Part shown: positions 15,427-17,895 of the stretch, one piece after another
Layout of the letters: every line of letters starts with the position of its first letter
How positions within the stretch are numbered: position 1 is the first letter of the stretch
Assembly: GCF_035285525.1 (NCBI RefSeq)
Contig: NZ_JAYKGW010000062.1
Location: forward strand, 1 to 17,895
Direction of reading: 5' to 3'
Origin: Okeania sp.
GTDB taxonomy: Bacteria; Cyanobacteriota; Cyanobacteriia; Cyanobacteriales; Microcoleaceae
Length of the DNA stretch: 17,895 bases
The notes under the pieces: generated by a model
What the model was told of the DNA's origin: nothing
The model's input: only the letters and a program-made list of their open reading frames with translations
Databases searched by the model: none
Program-made: the position numbers and the translations under genes

Positions 15427-15460
15427 AAGGAAGAAGGAAGAAGTAAGAAGTAAGAAGTAA
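15427..15460 (+). repeat. STRR heptamer array starting at the first base after the creatininase-family stop
   Basis: aaggaag aaggaag aagtaag aagtaag aagtaa, exact period 7. Confidence 0.9.
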
Positions 15461-15486
15461 AATTTTGGTTTTTCCACCAGCAAAGA

Positions 15487-15575
15487 CCTATCCCCCAACC
15501 CCTCTCCTGCAAGGAGAGGGGAGTATTTCTCCCCCAACGCGCTTCTGGGAAGGGGGTTGGGGGGTTAGGTTTTTT
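15487..15575 (+). terminator. GC-rich nested palindromic element followed by a T6 run (terminator-like)
   Basis: The outer arms are cctatcccccaacccc (15487-15502) and ggggttggggggttagg (15553-15569). The inner hairpin is cccctctcc-tgcaa-ggagagggg (15499-15521). tttttt follows at 15570-15575. CCCCTCTCC...GGAGAGGGG hairpins are a widespread cyanobacterial repeat (recollection). Confidence 0.45.
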
Positions 15576-15590
15576 ATTAATTATTAATTG

Positions 15591-15716
15591 CATGAGGGCG
15601 GGTTTATATAAATCCTAGAGTAACCATGAAAGTTACCTCATTAATTTCATGAGGGTGGGTTTATATAAATCCTAGAGCAACCATGAAAGTTACCTATAAA
15701 ACCCGCCCCTACTATG
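15591..15716. mobile_element. GGGCGGGTTT...AAACCCGCCCC hairpin element with its left half duplicated
   Basis: The left half catgagggcgggtttatataaatcctagagtaaccatgaaagttacct (15591-15638) is repeated at 15648 onward (catgagggtgggttt...). That second copy continues to ataaaacccgcccctactatg (end 15716). Confidence 0.7.
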
Positions 15717-15835
15717 GATAATTAATAATTATCTGTTGTTAAAACTGTGAGGGAATTGAATCAAGTACAGAAATATTATTTCATTATCCATTATCCATTA
15801 TTAATTATTAATTATTAATTATTAATTATTAATTG

Positions 15836-15904
15836 CATGAGGGCGGGTTTATATAAATCCTAGAGTAACCATGAAAGTTACCTATAAAACCCGCCCCTAC
15901 TATG
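15836..15904. mobile_element. GGGCGGGTTT...AAACCCGCCCC hairpin element, intact 69-bp copy
   Basis: catgagggcgggtttatataaatcctagagtaaccatgaaagttacctataaaacccgcccctactatg, with an internal gtaac-N7-gttac hairpin. Confidence 0.75.
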
Positions 15905-16005
15905 TATAATTAATGATTCTCTTGTTAAAACCGTTAGGGAATTGAATCAAGTACAGAAATATTATTTCATTATCCATTATTAATTATTAATTATTAATTA
16001 TTAAC

Positions 16006-17502
16006 ATGACTCAAGAAACAATAATATTATGGTATCGTAACGATTTACGCATCCATGACCATGAAGCACTATATAAAGCACTCAAAACTAATGCTCAAAT
16101 TATTCCCGTTTATTGCTTAGACCCAAGACAATTTAATCAAACAAGTTTTGGCTTTCCCAAAACAGGTATATTTAGAGCTAAATTTTTACTAGAAAGTATT
16201 GTTGATTTGCGTAACAATCTGCAAAAATTAGGTAGTAATTTAGTTATTTTTCCAGAGAAACCAGAAATAGTAATTCCTAGACTAGCTCAACAATTATCTG
16301 CTCAATCAGTATTTTTTCATCGAGAAGTTACTGCCGAAGAAATTAAAGTAGAAAGATTAGTTCATCAAGCATTAAAAAAAATTGGAGTTAAATTTCAATT
16401 CTTTTGGGGTCATACACTTTATCATCCCAATAATTTACCTTTTGAAATTCAACAATTACCAGAAGTATTTACCAGTTTTCGTAAAGATGTAGAGAAAAAT
16501 TCTAGTGTAAATCCTACATTCTTAATTCCTGAAAAATTACCATCTTTGCCAACAGAAATTGATGTGGGAAAATTGCCTACATTATCTGATTTAAACCTAG
16601 AAATACCACCATCAGATTCACGGGGTTTTTTAGAATTTCAAGGTGGAGAAACTGCTGGTAAAGAAAGACTCAAAAATTACTTTTGGGAAGAAGACTGTTT
16701 GAAAGTTTATAAAGAAACCAGAAATGGAATGTTAGGTGCAAATTATTCTTCTAAATTTTCCCCTTGGTTAGCATTAGGATGTTTGTCACCTCGTTATATT
16801 TATGAACAAGTTCAAGAATATGAATATCAAAGAGTAAAAAATCAATCAACTTATTGGTTAATATTTGAATTAATGTGGCGAGATTATTTCCGATTTATTT
16901 GTCAAAAACATGGGAATAAAATATTTTATAAATCTGGTTTACAAGGTGTAAATATTCCTTGGCAAGAAGATTGGGAAAAATTTCAAAAATGGCAAACAGG
17001 TAAAACAGGATTTCCTCTAGTAGATGCTAATATGCGCGAACTTTTAACTACAGGTTTTATGTCAAATCGTGGTAGACAAAATGTTGCTAGTTTTCTAACT
17101 AAAAATTTAGGAATTAATTGGCAAATGGGAGCCGAATGGTTTGAATATTTACTAATAGATTATGATGTTTGTAGTAATTGGGGAAATTGGAATTATACTG
17201 CTGGAGTCGGAAATGATGCGCGAGGTTTTCGCTATTTTAATATTCCTAAACAAGCAAAAGATTATGATCCGGAAGGAAGATATGTTAAACATTGGTTGCC
17301 AGAATTAGATAAAGTTCCTGCTGCTAAAGTACATGAACCTTGGAAATTATTGCCTGTTGAACAAGATAGATTTGGTGTAAAAATAGGGGTAGATTATCCA
17401 CAACCAATTGTTGATTTATGGCAGTCGGTTAAAGAGAATGAAAAAACTTTTAATAAAGCATTAAATAAGAAAGGATTCAAAGGAAAAAAAGGTAAATATT
17501 GA
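16006..17502 (+). CDS. cry: DASH-type cryptochrome (photolyase/cryptochrome family, ssDNA CPD photolyase)
   Basis: 498-aa ORF colinear with Synechocystis Sll1629 CRY-DASH as recalled. Shared blocks are WYRNDLRIHDHEAL, FQGGETAG, YKETRNGM, SKFSPWLALGCLSPR, WRDYFRF, TGFPLVDANMREL, GFMSNRGRQNVASFL and DYDVCSNWGNWNY. Confidence 0.95.
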   Translation: MTQETIILWYRNDLRIHDHEALYKALKTNAQIIPVYCLDPRQFNQTSFGFPKTGIFRAKFLLESIVDLRNNLQKLGSNLVIFPEKPEIVIPRLAQQLSAQSVFFHREVTAEEIKVERLVHQALKKIGVKFQFFWGHTLYHPNNLPFEIQQLPEVFTSFRKDVEKNSSVNPTFLIPEKLPSLPTEIDVGKLPTLSDLNLEIPPSDSRGFLEFQGGETAGKERLKNYFWEEDCLKVYKETRNGMLGANYSSKFSPWLALGCLSPRYIYEQVQEYEYQRVKNQSTYWLIFELMWRDYFRFICQKHGNKIFYKSGLQGVNIPWQEDWEKFQKWQTGKTGFPLVDANMRELLTTGFMSNRGRQNVASFLTKNLGINWQMGAEWFEYLLIDYDVCSNWGNWNYTAGVGNDARGFRYFNIPKQAKDYDPEGRYVKHWLPELDKVPAAKVHEPWKLLPVEQDRFGVKIGVDYPQPIVDLWQSVKENEKTFNKALNKKGFKGKKGKY

Positions 17503-17512
17503 CAACAAATCC

Positions 17513-17548
17513 AGAAACTCGGTTTCTTAAAGAAACCGGGTTTCTTTG
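17513..17548 (+). terminator. Rho-independent terminator-like palindrome after cry
   Basis: agaaactcggtttctt / aagaaaccgggtttct form a 16-bp imperfect palindrome (one U-G pair) centred at 17529, followed by tttg. It begins 11 nt after the stop codon. Confidence 0.55.
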
Positions 17549-17584
17549 CGTCTTCCCCCACCATATAATTAGCTATATTCAAGT

Positions 17585-17622
17585 TTCTTACTTCATTACT
17601 TTTTCCTTCTTACTTTTTCCTT
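17585..17622. repeat. STRR-like array, GAAGTAA/GAAGGAA family in pyrimidine orientation
   Basis: ttcttacttcattactttttccttcttactttttcctt, 17 nt upstream of the ATG at 17639. Confidence 0.7.
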
Positions 17623-17638
17623 AAAACTGATAACTGAA

Positions 17639-17776
17639 ATGACTCGTAAACCATTACTTGACCGTAATCGTTCCTATACTTTCAGCAATTATTTTGAATC
17701 TGGATTTACAGTAGATGATTTAGTTACTGAATATGGAAAATTATTAACTTTTTTAATTAGGGTTGAGCCAGGGTAA
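17639..17776 (+). pseudogene. Short ORF (45 codons), possibly the truncated N-terminus of a conserved cyanobacterial hypothetical protein
   Basis: It encodes MTRKPLLDRNRSYTFSNYFESGFTVDDLVTEYGKLLTFLIRVEPG*. The first ~33 residues resemble the N-terminus of a family I recall from Nostocales (..RSYTFSDYFEL...EFGY..). The similarity is lost after TEYG and a stop follows. It is below the ORF-track length cut-off. Confidence 0.3.
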
Positions 17777-17895
17777 GCTCATCTTAATTGGTATAAAATG
17801 TACTTGACAAAAAAAGTACAAGGGCATCAAGAGACTAAAATCTCCAAAACGCTCATGAGAATTGAGATACTCTGCTAATTAGGGAATCAGAAAAT

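Larger units (their letters stand above)
15574..16004. repeat. Tandem duplication of a unit of about 200-230 bp: (TTAATTA)n, GGGCGGGTTT hairpin element, then an ~80-bp conserved tail
   Basis: Unit 1 is about 15574-15800 and unit 2 about 15801-15979, then a third (TTAATTA)n at 15979-16004. The tails at 15717-15800 and 15905-15979 share gggaattgaatcaagtacagaaatattatttcattatccatta. Confidence 0.8.

Noticed and set aside
323-17502. Idea of a photodamage/DNA-repair island (SplB-like radical SAM, SbcD-like nuclease, CRY-DASH in one window)
   Set aside because: The three genes are 10 kb and 3 kb apart and on different strands. They are separated by unrelated genes (kinase, prfC, regulator, creatininase) and by terminator-like repeats. 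Co-occurrence of three common genes is not evidence of a system.
17394-17582. 62-aa minus-strand ORF from the track
   Set aside because: It overlaps the 3' end of cry antisense and runs through the terminator palindrome. It is treated as a shadow ORF.
1-17895. Scan for tRNA, rRNA, tmRNA, RNase P, SRP RNA, group I/II introns, transposase or integrase genes
   Set aside because: I saw no T-loop/acceptor-type sequences (GGTTCGAATCC-like), no conserved RNase P/tmRNA/SRP cores, no reverse transcriptase and no transposase ORFs. The mobile-looking sequences are all non-autonomous hairpin elements.

Overview
This is an AT-rich cyanobacterial chromosomal window. The evidence is five HIP1 GCGATCGC sites (484, 4770, 8706, 10624, 11850), a CRY-DASH gene very close to the Synechocystis type, and abundant heptameric STRR arrays and GGGGCGGGTTT...AAACCCGCCCC hairpin elements of the kind I associate with heterocystous, Nostocales-like genomes. 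I can support ten CDSs: a SplB/COG1533-like radical SAM protein, a stand-alone cNMP-binding protein, a DUF4870-like membrane protein, a 1164-aa multi-PAS/GAF sensor histidine kinase, prfC, a hypothetical 171-aa protein, an SbcD/Mre11-like nuclease, an OmpR-family response regulator, a creatininase-family protein and a DASH cryptochrome. There is also one short truncated ORF at the 3' edge. These CDSs cover only about 65% of the window (11,622 of 17,895 nt). The rest is long spacers made of heptamer arrays, nested palindromic MITE-like elements and local tandem duplications. I saw no tRNA, rRNA, CRISPR array, transposase or recognisable riboswitch. I do not see a coherent multi-gene novel system (defence island, biosynthetic cluster or similar). 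The gene content is housekeeping and signalling. The most notable items are: (1) a plant-type ethylene-binding (copper) domain on the big kinase, (2) a response regulator with a degenerate phospho-acceptor pocket, (3) a tandem triplication of the 5' end plus leader of the radical SAM gene, (4) a nest of elements inserted into each other followed by four copies of a 14-bp palindrome upstream of the ORF171/sbcD-like pair, and (5) purine-rich heptamer arrays that start directly after stop codons in sense orientation. All functional calls come from reading motifs by eye and from recalled family signatures. No searches were run.
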